DNA of 62,736 nucleotides, counting the filler, from Platydemus manokwari (Eukaryota): NCBI GenBank assembly GCA_037951405.1. It is 5 parts of 5 records of this genome, joined end to end, with 100 filler letters (N's around TTAATTAATTAA, not from the genome) between each part and the next. Parts side by side here need not be neighbours in the genome. Positions count along the whole stretch, not along the records: positions 29,936 to 42,359 come from JBBMOY010141121.1; positions 42,460 to 52,433 come from JBBMOY011182989.1; 3 more parts are not named here. One strand, 5' to 3'. The notes beneath the pieces are model-generated. The model had not been told where the DNA came from. It made no database searches and was given only the letters and a program-made list of their open reading frames with translations. Below, in pieces: positions 34,220-45,187 of this stretch. Position 1 is the first letter of the stretch; each line of letters starts with the position of its first letter. Made by a program: the position numbers and the translations under genes.

Positions 34220-37200
34220 AATAATAATAATGATGATGATAGTAATAATAATGATAATAGTAATAAAAATAGTAGTTATGATAATAATCGTAATAATAAT
34301 ACTACTAATAATAGTGACAATAACGATAATAAAATAATATTGATAATTATTATAATTATGTTTAGTATTAATGATCATGATTTTAATTATAACAACAGAA
34401 ATAATCAAAATAATAATAATATAATTATACCATTAATAATATATCAGTAAGAATAAATATTCCATTTATGTAAATATAAATGCTGCTATAATGAGACAGT
34501 AGCTATTTTATCAAATCATATTTGCCGCTCTAACATAATATTAATATATCAACAATATTCGATAAATATTTACTTCATTTTAACTCAGCTAATTGTTGAG
34601 GAATAAAAATGATTTCGAATATTATCTATATCTATTGGATAAAAATATGTTTATATTTCATAGCTTATTGTATCCAACTCTCCATCACTGCTCAAGCATG
34701 ATAACAATCACAGCAAATTGCAAATTGCTGATAATCATTGCATTGATGAAACCATTATCAATATTCAAAATCGACTTGACAAATTCACAGATTGCATAAC
34801 GCTTCAAATCAAACAGCCAATACAAAGTTTGATTTTTGTTTTATTTATCTATCAATCGTCATAAAATATTGTTTTGTCGCTACTATTTGTTAGCATTGTT
34901 AACCAAATGATAACTATTAATTTGTCCTTAGCAATTTTAAACAGATCTTTGATACACCGTGCGATTCATAAGTCTCCATCTCTAAAACTAAGATAAAGCA
35001 ATATTAATAACAAACTAAATGTATTGAGCTATTTTTTCTTCTCTGAGATAACTGTGAACAGAAGTTTGTGAAGTCATACACAGCAGTGCAGTTTCTCGTA
35101 GATTTGTACCATCATTCTCTTTTACCAAATTTACCACCTTTTCCTTCATGATTTCATCAGATGGTCTTTCTGATCGCAACTTAGTAGATAAGTTTCCAGT
35201 TTCTTCAAATTTCTATTTCCTTCTAGTATTGTCTACGTAAAGGGAGCTATTCACACACACAGACACACCTAGGAACACTATGATTAAAATATATGTTGTC
35301 AGCTTTGACAAACTATTATAAAAACATTTGTGTTACATATTTTCTATGTAACAGTGATTGAGATGAAAGAATTTATTGGGCTGAAAAGTGATCGTTTAAC
35401 ACGATCATCTAATCCAATGGTGCTTCAAGAAACCTGTTTAGTCTCATTCACAGTTATCTGTGTGTGTCATTTAGCGTGTCATGTCAATGTAGAGTGCTAA
35501 CATTAACATGTTCTTTACTGGAATTTTTTTCCTTCAATGGTGTTTTATATAATTACCTTAAGGCATCATTGTCAAAGATTCTATCATTTAAATTTTCCAA
35601 TTACAAGAGAGCTTGTATTTAGAATACCTGGATGCGTTGCTATTTCACATTTCATTATTTCCTTAATGTGCTCCATAGATTAATTATTGGTCAAGAAAGA
35701 CGTAAAACTCACTACCGTAAAATCTTTCGGTTAAGGCTTTGAGCCAAAATATCGATTAATTGGTTCACTTCAATCGATAATCTTTTATTTGAAAACATTA
35801 AAAATATAAAATAACTTTGATTTTGGTTTTGATATTGACAAATAGAGAAACATTTCAATGGAATCCTCATTCCAAAATTATCACAATTTTCCAAACTATC
35901 TGTCAATATCGAGAGTGACACCATCTCGTCATCTATTATTGATCTGATATAACATAATATCTTCATATTTCTTTCTCAGCTTCTTGATAATAACCAATGA
36001 TAATAAACGATAAACATATTTTATTACCGCTTATATATATGCTGCACACAAATATTCACATCGACTATCAGTGTGTGATGAATTCAAGATATTATTTTCA
36101 AATACATTTTATCCAACAAATTCAGATTTATTAAGCCAGCTCTAATTTATTATTCTATTATTCATGAAGGCAATGCGGCATGCAAATTTTGGCAGACAAG
36201 CTTGAACATCGAATGTGATAGTATTATGTTAATTTTGAAATTTGATGGAGATATTTTGTAAGTGAATTTGAATATGGATTACTTAAAACTATCGCCTCTC
36301 TACGCACACGATCACACACACACACAGCCATTTCACAAGACCTCACTCAAAAATATCAAATACATTAAAATACCCAAATGTATATTTTATATGAAAACAT
36401 GTTCGTCAAGTTAGATTTGATGAAAAGCGAGATTTCTATCTTGTATTCACTATTTATCCTGGATCGTCAGGAGCGATCAATGAAATATAAATTGGTCTTT
36501 ATGGTATTTCGTTGAGTCCAAAAGGACTTAAACAAACCTTCATCACCTATCGAGTGAGTAGACAGATTATTTTCTCCTTTTCAACCCGATCGATAATTAT
36601 TATTTATTATAAAATATCGGTTTATCATTTGCTTCAACAAATATTTTGCAGATAAAAATACAATTGTGCTGCACTTTATCTGCACTTCTGATTATTATTA
36701 AAAATGAATTATTAAAATCCGAAAATCATTTTGGTTTTCAATTATTTCTGTGACATTAACAGAAATAACGAATTCATCAGATATTATATAACCGTTATAA
36801 TAATAATAATAAAATATCATTAAATGGTTATCGGTGTGTGTGTAGAGGATTAATTTGACAAACATCACATCAAAAAGACATCATAAATCGCTGATAAAAT
36901 TCCTCTGATCGTGTGTCAATAAAATTTGACCCTGAAATTGTTCGAAATTGTCGCTGTAAATGTCATTCATATATTTTCATGGAGCGTGAAATATTTTTAG
37001 AGATTTTTCAATGGACGGAATTGATCATTGCAAAGGGATGTCAATAAATATTTATTCTATCGATTGATGTAAGAAAGAGTAGCTGGATTTTTTTAATAAT
37101 AAAGTTTTTGTCGATCTACAAAATGAATTTCATAGAAAATCAATCGAAATAAGAATCGAATGCAATTACTGGATCGTCAATGTTTATTTAAAGTGATGTT

Positions 37201-40200
37201 ATTGAATGTTTTCCCAATACCCTTGCACATATATGAAGATTGGTTACGAAAATGTCTTTTAATTTCAGCTATGAAATGAGATGAATTAAAGATGAGATTG
37301 CATCTGGAGGCAGTTATAAATCGATCTAATATTGATGAAATTTTAAATAAATAGCTGAGTGTTTTGATAAAATTTTGTGATGGTTGTGATTTGGAGAATA
37401 AATGCAATTAGAACTTTAGGTTGATAAGGTGGTGTATAGGACAAAATGGGCTGAAATTTTGAATAAGATCATTGGAAAAACCTTCAATAAAGCGTTGGTA
37501 CACCAACATTGTTGACATAAATGTTAACAGCTGATCAGGGGCTTTCAAATCACGATCTCAGATTTGACTTTGATTTTAAATTGGAGAACACCGAATATCG
37601 AAATTTAAGGGTCAAGTAAATATATGAAACACAGTCTACAGAGGCAGTCGAGAAGAATTATCAATCTTTTATGTATCTGTTTATTTTATTAGGATGATTG
37701 TCATTTGATCTTTAGGAAGTATAATCCTTAACATAATCAATTATATTTTATTGATTTACTTTGAGTAGTTCATTAAATATAAAGTAAAATAGAATTTATA
37801 TATAATTATGGTCTCTGCCACAGTGTTCCAGCTATCTCTTTCTTCTTTATCTACACGAATAACAACCTCTGCATCTCATCCTTAACTGCAGACCACCTCA
37901 CCGAAATGACTGAGAAACCTGTGGAAGTAGTCGTAGGGCTTCTTTTAGTTTTAATATCGTACCTGTTGTAGACAGACGACGACTATACTATTGGGCTAGA
38001 TCAACCAAACGCTTCCCGTTTTCTATTCCCCTTTTTTTGTATGGACAAAACATCTCTTTTCTTCTCACCACTTTTTTCCATCACTTTCTTGGGATCCATG
38101 AGTAATAAAAGTGTAACAAAATTTGACAAATTTAAATCCTTATTAAAATCTGAAAACTCAACTATTTAAACAAAATTAAATATTTTGAAGATTTCATTTG
38201 TCGTATCCTGACATTTCTTTTGTAACCAGAGGTAATATTTTTCCAAGAAGGCGTTTGTAACCTGAACATTTCGTGTGTAGAGCCTTTCGTAAGTGCAGCA
38301 GTTAATTATAAAATTCTTTCAATCACTTCAGTCAATTTTTCGGTTTAATAAGATCAGCATTAGCAGCTTCACTCAAAATGATTGTTGGTCATTTCCAAGA
38401 TATCTTTCACCTTCAGGTTCGACAATAATAACATCGAAAGAACTGAAAATTATATCAAATGACAAATTTTAAACTGTGTGAATACAAGCCACATCATCGA
38501 TTGTCAAATATGTACGCAATTGATATCGAGAGCAGAGAAATGATTTGTATCAGTAAAATCAATACAGCTCCAATGGAAAAATTTATCAATTAGATTAAAT
38601 ATTATGAATTGATTTAATAGGGTTTATTATAGATTTGTCAGTCCTTGTATTTTGTTCCTGTCGCATTTCAGCAAATCAAAATGAATAAATTTATGAAATT
38701 TGATATTTCTATTCTAATAAACAATGCTTTGATTAGGTTTTGCATTTGTTTTTAAACTAATAATAAACAAATTAATTTAAAATTATTCATGGAAATTATT
38801 ATCACCAACAATAAATCGATTATTATCAACTATATTTGAATTAAATTGAAGTTGTCATGATATCGATTAGTTAAAGTTGTTATGGTATCGATTAGTTGAA
38901 GTTGTCATGACATCGATTAGTTGAAGTTGTCATGATATCGATTAGTTAAAGTTGTTATGGTATTGATTAGTTGAAGTTGTTATGGTATTGATTAGTTGAA
39001 GTTGTTATGGTATCGATTAGTTGAAGTTGTCATGACATCGATTAGTTGAAGTTGTCATGATATCGATTAGTTGAAGTTGCCATGGTATTGATTAGTTGAA
39101 GTTGCCATGGTATTGATTAGTTGAAGTTGTTATGGTATTGATTAGTTGAAGTTGTTATGGTATTGATTAGTTGAAGTTGTCATGGTATCGAAAATATCAA
39201 ACTTAAACGATTATTCTTGTTTTTCTCCAACGAAAAGTATCAAAAATGCTTCTTTTCTTTATTCATTTTTTAGAGATTTTTCCATTTGAATATTTCTTTG
39301 ATTTCAAAATAATGAAGCTTATAGATTTCCAAAATAAAATAATACAATTCTCATGAGAATTCTTAAGTATGTCCATCATTTGACAAATATCCACAATGAA
39401 TGGTCAGACATTGTGCTGCTATCAGTCGATTTTAATCATCCTAAACATTTATTATTGAGGAAATTACAGACCATTTCATTATATCAAGCACAAATTTACC
39501 TAATAAACCTTATATAAGATTGTTTTTTCAATGATTACTGAAATGAAATATATTCAAGTAATGGAAAACTTCTCGAAATTCAGGAAACTATGAAAGCTTT
39601 CATCTGAAAATCGATAGTGCAATGGAGAAACTGGTGAATCATGCTTCGTCTGTTCTGGCTTTGTCGTCAGAACTGATGAGAATGCCTCTCCAGAAACTTT
39701 TTCACGACATCGATCAAAGTCGAACTATTGTTAACAATATCAGTAGCCAGTGTCAAGCAACTTTATTCGATTATCTTGAATCCTTGGAGGTAAATAACTA
39801 TTATTGTCATTGAATACTAACAACAACAAACATTAACCAATTATTTAATCAAGGAACTCGGTCTCTGTATCACTACAGATAAAATCAATCAGAAAATCAT
39901 TGTACTTGGGAAGAATATTTCGATTCAATTTATTAAGTTGTTCCAGATCTTGCAAAAAGTGAGTCATTATAACGCCTTGTTAATTAATTGGAGAATATCT
40001 CTTAACATACACACACACTCACACACAAATATATATAACTCGAATAAAAAATAGAGAAATAAATATAAAGTAAAATAGAAAAATAAGAATTTATAACTTA
40101 TTTTCTTTCATTATCGATCGGTCTCCTGATGTCTTCTACAATTTAGAGTTTGCAAGGGCATGTTTTTTAAAATAAATTTCATTGGTTTATTAATATGTCA

Positions 40201-41660
40201 TCACATGGAAAATTTCATTCGCCTTGATTATTTTACAATAGTACTCGTACTTTATCAATGATATTTGCGATGACAATGTTCTCCTATAATTCTTGTAATC
40301 AATCATTTTCGTTTTTTGCTTGTTTTTGTACTGCTTTGAAAAGTCAATTCCTTAGAGTCGACTCACTTCAAATCTTTCAAATAAATAATTAAAATTTCCG
40401 AATATTTATTTCAAAAGCCAGAATCACCATCATGTTGTTGGATATATTTGATTTATCACTGGTTTGGGTTCAGCAATTCCCAATTCGATAATTTATAATA
40501 TGGTAATCATTTCAACATTTTCCGATTAAGCCTTGACGATTACCGATACATTTACTAGCGGTTTAATAACGCTCCTTATTAATCATCAGTATTGGATAAA
40601 ATATCCGATCAATAATTTAATATTTCGTTCGTTGTTGGATTCAAATCAATGATCATTTTACTCATACTCAGAACATGCCCGTGAGTATCTGTTGTAATTA
40701 TGTTTGATATTGAATTTAATAAATTGGTTTGAACACAATATTATGTGAGATGATAAATAAATAAGCAGTCAATAATTTTTAATAAATAATCGATAATAAT
40801 ATAGGATTGGAACGACAGAAAATAATATTTATTTAACCAATAAAGACAATTCGAAAAAAGAGGCACCGGTTGTGTGGAAACGGTTTTGAAAAGTTTTATT
40901 ACTTTCACGTAAACTCTTGACCGCATGCGGCAAAAATTAAGCTTGCTGCTATCAGTTTTATGGTAATACCGCATCCACTACAATCCCCAGACCTTGTCCC
41001 TTCAGACTATTACCTGTTTTCTCCTATGAAGAACTCACTTCATGGGAAAGCCTATCAATCCGCTGAAGAAGTAACCGATAATTTGAAAAAGTGGTTCGCT
41101 TGAAAACCTGCGTAATGCTTTGAAAACAGCATAAAACAACTTCCAGAACGCTGGTAAAGTGTGTGTGAATCTTAAAGGTGACTATTTTCAACATTTCAGA
41201 TTTACAGACGAATGATGTTTTGTTTATATTTCTTAATTTACATATTTTCTTTATTGGTTAAATCAATATTATTTCCTATCGGACAAGACTTTCGTTCCAA
41301 TCCTATATTTATAAAAATAATAAAAACTATAATAATATTTTATCCGTTAAATTATATTTTATTTCGTAAAGCAATAATTTCATAAATGAAATCTCATTTT
41401 CTAAGATTCAAAAGGATCCCGAAAACAAATTCGTCAAATCGTCCATGCTTGATGTATTCTATGAGATCCAAAATGGCATCAAGGTGCTTTTGGATTTTTC
41501 CGAAGAAGTACAAAGTAAAGAAAAATTACAAGTTAAATGTGTTGCAACTAATACGACCAATTCAGAATCATTTGATTATCAACAGGCATCGCCGAGAAAA
41601 GTTTCCTTTCGCGACAATTCCCCACTACATGAACATCATATCGGTAATTATTTATTGTAA
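30523..41660 (+). CDS. Divergent talin-rod-domain protein (R11/R12-like helical bundles), 8 exons, 5' end uncertain
   Basis: GT-AG exons 30523-30642, 30709-30941, 33103-33280, 33928-34008, 34664-34826, 39584-39789, 39854-39958 and 41406-41660 join in phase (1341 nt, 446 aa plus stop). MANTMSGMITDDDTTILFASAG and RELIHKTAEALVHDTQSLVQNSGEKQKTLATNTESVVLTISNFAD match talin-1 R11 as recalled (AVSGIIADLDTTIMFATAG; REGILKTAKVLVEDTKVLVQNAAGSQEKLAQAAQSSVATITRLAD). Confidence 0.8.
31760..32150 (-). mobile_element. Tc1/mariner-like transposase N-terminal HTH fragment (DUF4817-like), intronic
   Basis: SRAKACKELQQHFNRVSPVRTTVQYWKQRLDETENL..RRPS...TNQREIVR..TSQTSVYRYLK fits the paired HTH pattern. No catalytic domain follows. 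A related copy sits at ~34960-35220. Confidence 0.7.
34067..34440. repeat. Degenerate (AAT)n microsatellite, intronic
   Basis: AAT/AAC/AGT/GAT trinucleotide array that produces spurious poly-Asn and poly-Ile ORFs. Confidence 0.92.
34960..35220 (-). mobile_element. Second, shorter copy of the Tc1-like HTH transposase fragment
   Basis: Shares GTTTGTGAAGTCATACACA, CCATCATTCTCTTTTAC.AAATTTACCACCTTTTCCTTCA and CCATCTCTAAAACTA with 31760-32000. Confidence 0.75.
35620..35960 (-). mobile_element. Possible Tc1 transposase C-terminal remnant
   Basis: Minus-strand PIINLWSTLRK resembles the Tc1 NPIENLWxxLK motif. Otherwise degraded. Confidence 0.35.
38846..39191. repeat. 25-bp minisatellite, ~14 copies (TTGAAGTTGTYATGRYATYGATTAG), intronic
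   Basis: Head-to-tail near-identical units with no spacers. Confidence 0.95.
40800..41307 (+). mobile_element. Internally deleted mariner element with TIRs and TA TSDs, intronic
   Basis: TATAGGATTGGAACGA at 40800 and TCGTTCCAATCCTATA ending at 41307. Imperfect inverted similarity extends ~55 bp. Internal HP..SPDLVPSDYYLF..MKNSLHGK...IKQLPERW...GDYF is the mariner C-terminus, with stops. Confidence 0.88.
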
Positions 41661-42359
41661 ATATTGATCGATTTTTGGTCATTACTAAAATAAATTGTGT
41701 TTAAAAAGATTTTTTTAAAAGATAAATGATCCTTATGTCTTGTATCAACTCAAAGGATTAGTAAAGATCTATAGACTTAAGAATCATTTATAGTCTCAAC
41801 AGCTTTGAAATTGAGGTCTGTATCAGTTTATGATTTCATCATCTTTATGTCTTTGTTTTCCGTTGATAAAAATATTAGGTTTTCGAATGATTTTAAATTG
41901 ATTTCACAATAAAAATCGTAAATTATCGTTTATCCCAAACCATTATTTGAGGGCATTGATGAGAGACAATTCCAATAAAACTTTCAATAACAAAACTGAG
42001 ACTAACTTTTATGCTAAATATTATTAAAACGTATAAATGATATAACGATATGAATTCGAAAAGGATATCGACATACACTCATACATAACAAGAAAGTGAT
42101 AAAAGAGTGAAATTAAGTTGTCGTTGGTTCCACCTCGAGTGTGGAATTGTGGATTCGAGGTTGAGTATCAGTTTCAGATACATGTCCTTTATTGAACTAC
42201 TTGCTGAGATAATCAATTTGCAAACCTTTGTAAAGATGACACTTATAATTATTATTATGTTATTCTTTATATCATGGGTTAAATTTTGATTGATATAAAT
42301 AATGCTTTCCAGTGATCGAATCAAGAGAATGTACACACACACACACACATATATATATA

Positions 42360-42459
42360 NNNNNNNNNNNNNNNNNNNNNNNNNNNNNNNNNNNNNNNNN
42401 NNNTTAATTAATTAANNNNNNNNNNNNNNNNNNNNNNNNNNNNNNNNNNNNNNNNNNNN
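42360..42459. other. Artificial scaffolding spacer N44-TTAATTAATTAA-N44
   Basis: Same 100-bp spacer. Confidence 0.97.
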
Positions 42460-44352
42460 AATTTAATCGAGAGATATTTTCTCTGCCTAATAAATTTATT
42501 CAGAGAGAATTTCTCTCACCAGTGAATAAATTCACTAGCATCAAATTTAATCACAGACAATATCTGCTAGTGATTCACTGCTTATATACACAGTGATGTC
42601 AATCAACGCAGACATTAGTTTTCGACACAAATTCTGGACATAATTTTTCGCTGTTAATTGCCATTACTATCGCTGCCTGACGTTACATCAATTGGAGAAG
42701 AACCATAGTTTAAATTCGACTCACTCAAGAAGATCATCTGGTGCAGAAGACCAATTGTTCCTGTATGTCCCCGGCATTTGCTGGAAGACCCAAAGTAAGA
42801 CCATACCTGTAAAAAACTGATCTATATAATATACCGTATCTTGTATTTCATATTAGAGTTTTTGATCAAAGATCTTGAAGGTAAAGGTTCTACTCCTTAA
42901 GTTGGAGATAGTTACCGTTCTTATTTTGAAGTTGTAAGGTCCTTTATGAGTATAATTTGATAATTTGGTTTATAGTGTAGTATTAAAATCCATTGTAATT
43001 TTATGTTGTTATTGTTAACCATTTTTTGTATTGATGTTAATTGCGAGGCAAGATATGAGGCGAAGATAATCAATAACAATAAGGTTTAATAGATTGTACC
43101 TTGGGTTTGTAATAGAACCACGTGAGATTAATAGGACGACTGTGATCTATACTCAAATATTGAAATAAGTTTGAAAGAGACTGATTGATAACAACAACTA
43201 TAATTAAAACAAAAAATCCAACAAACCCGAAATACACCATACAAAATATAATAAATAAATTAGAAATTTGTTGGGTTGTGTATGATGTTTTTATGCGATA
43301 TTTTTTTACTTGCAACTCAACAATATGAGCTCTTGTTTATTGTTCGTTCTATTAAATAGTTACGCAAATTTATCAAAATTAAACATACTAACAATTATAA
43401 AATTTTATTTATGGTATCAACAAATTTTTATATTCACATCAAATTGAATCACACAAATTTTATATAGCAACTTGGTTAAGTTATCTCATTGTGGGAACTT
43501 TTTCTAAAAGTACTAATATTTTAGTATATAGTTTAAGATATTGGACCAAAAGTCTGATCCTTTAGACCAATTACTAATTATTTTTTAAAATTAGTAAGGG
43601 TTAATTGTGATGGACATCCATCAGATTATATAGATGTTGAGATACAGCACTTTGTACATAGAATTTTCCATCACTTTTGTAATTTTTAATCATTTTTATT
43701 ACTTTATTCTTTAATTACTTATCATTTTATAGTTCTTTAAACTTAAATATTCATTAATTTGGTTGACATTACAAATTTTATTATATAATTTGTCAACCTT
43801 TAAAATTATCAGTTAAATTCCTCGTCGATATCCACGCGCTTATGGAGCTCCCACCATTTGAGTAACTGATAGTCCCTTCGGGGAATGTCGGCTTTAGTTT
43901 GATTCTTTCCATTTTTTGCGTCGAATGGTTTTTTAGTCATGAAAGTTATGTGTTAAAAATAAATATTAAGGAACTTATAATCGAAAAATTTTGAATTGAA
44001 ATTCTGTAAAGATTTCTGCTTGTTTTCGGTCGTGATTGAAGAAATTCTCAATTAAGAAATTTAGCAAGACGTTTAGAAATTTATATTGATACAAAAATTT
44101 GAATTTTTGATAATTTTTTGATATATTTCACAATTTTATAATTTTATCATAAATATTATATTTTAATTAGGATCTATTTTAGTTATCCGCAGAAAAAAAA
44201 ACCTCAAGCGATCAGCTTAGCCATAATTGCAATTATATATATATATTTTAGTAACAATAAATTCTGACTATATTTAAGCAATAAATCACAAGCATACAAT
44301 GATAGTTGTTAAAATCTTAAATAAGTACACCACAACAAGTTAAGCTTAATAA

Positions 44353-44369
44353 TGAGTCAATATGAGTCA
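44353..44369 (+). promoter_or_regulatory. Tandem AP-1 consensus sites (TGAGTCA x2, 10-bp spacing) upstream of BCAS2
   Basis: TGAGTCA at 44353-44359 and 44363-44369, ~180 bp before the ATG. Confidence 0.3.
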
Positions 44370-44542
44370 ATTTACTTTAATTAATTTAAATTTTAAAAAT
44401 TTTACCTAATTATTTTCATTTTAAAATAGAATTTATATACTTAATTTTATTTTTAACTAACATTCAATAATGATAATTCAATAAATGTAAAATGTGTTTA
44501 AATAATATAGACATTTATTAAGTAAAATCGTATTTTTTTATT

Positions 44543-45187
44543 ATGGCTTTTCTTGATCACGGAGTTTATGTTGATGCTTTGCCGTATACAGATAAAGGTT
44601 ATGATGAAGTCGGAATCAAAGAAGCTGCATTAAATCTTGTTGAAGATGAAGTCAGGCGCTATCGACCGACTAAAAATTATTTAGAATACTTATCACTACC
44701 ATCATTGCCGTCTGAAACAGATGTCATGAGAAACGAATTTGAAAGGATATCTAATCGTATACCAATGGAAAGAATAAGCATGCGCCGTTACGAATTACCT
44801 CAGCCACCAGCTAGCAAATTAAATGATATAAAAGCCTGGATCCAATCATTGGAAAATGCTCAAGCTCAAATGACTAACATGGAGATTAAAATGAAAAATC
44901 TTGATTTATTAACACAGTATGGTGGTAATGCTTGGAAAAATTCGGATAATAAAACTTTAGAATATATGTTGAAATGTGGAGAAGAGCGACAGAAATTACA
45001 GCAACAAAAAATCCAGGAACTTAACTGGAACCGCAAAAAAGAGCAAACTGAAGCTGGTGATAAATTAAAATATCTTGAAGAAACTTGGGTAGGATTGGTT
45101 GGAAAAAATTACGAAATTGAACAAGCAGTTTTGGAACTCGAACAAGAAATTGAAGTTTTAACCCAAAAGTCAAATGAAATGCAATGA
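44543..45187 (+). CDS. BCAS2: Pre-mRNA-splicing factor SPF27 (BCAS2), Prp19 complex; single coding exon
   Basis: 214 aa with VDALPY.DKGY, EVRRYRPTKNYL, MRRYELP.P, NLDLL.QYG.NAWK, NWNRK.EQ..AG.KL..LE.TWV.LV.KNYEIE. AATAAA at ~45278. Confidence 0.97.
   Translation: MAFLDHGVYVDALPYTDKGYDEVGIKEAALNLVEDEVRRYRPTKNYLEYLSLPSLPSETDVMRNEFERISNRIPMERISMRRYELPQPPASKLNDIKAWIQSLENAQAQMTNMEIKMKNLDLLTQYGGNAWKNSDNKTLEYMLKCGEERQKLQQQKIQELNWNRKKEQTEAGDKLKYLEETWVGLVGKNYEIEQAVLELEQEIEVLTQKSNEMQ

Noticed and set aside
34028-34450. Poly-Asn and poly-Ile ORFs
   Set aside because: Translations of an intronic AAT microsatellite.
36930-37520. Possible transposase remnant (FCDGC..ENK, CHSY motifs)
   Set aside because: Motif order and similarity are too weak to assign a family without a search.
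38846-39191. CRISPR-like array
   Set aside because: Units are head-to-tail with no unique spacers, there are no cas genes, and it lies in a eukaryotic intron: a minisatellite.
30523-41660. Calling the gene TLN1 or TLN2
   Set aside because: Too divergent, no FERM head visible and no I/LWEQ domain, so orthology is unsupported.
43855-43892. CTGATAG-TCCC-TTCG-GGGA as a hammerhead ribozyme
   Set aside because: The core is not CUGANGA, there is no GAAA after stem II, and stems I and III could not be formed.
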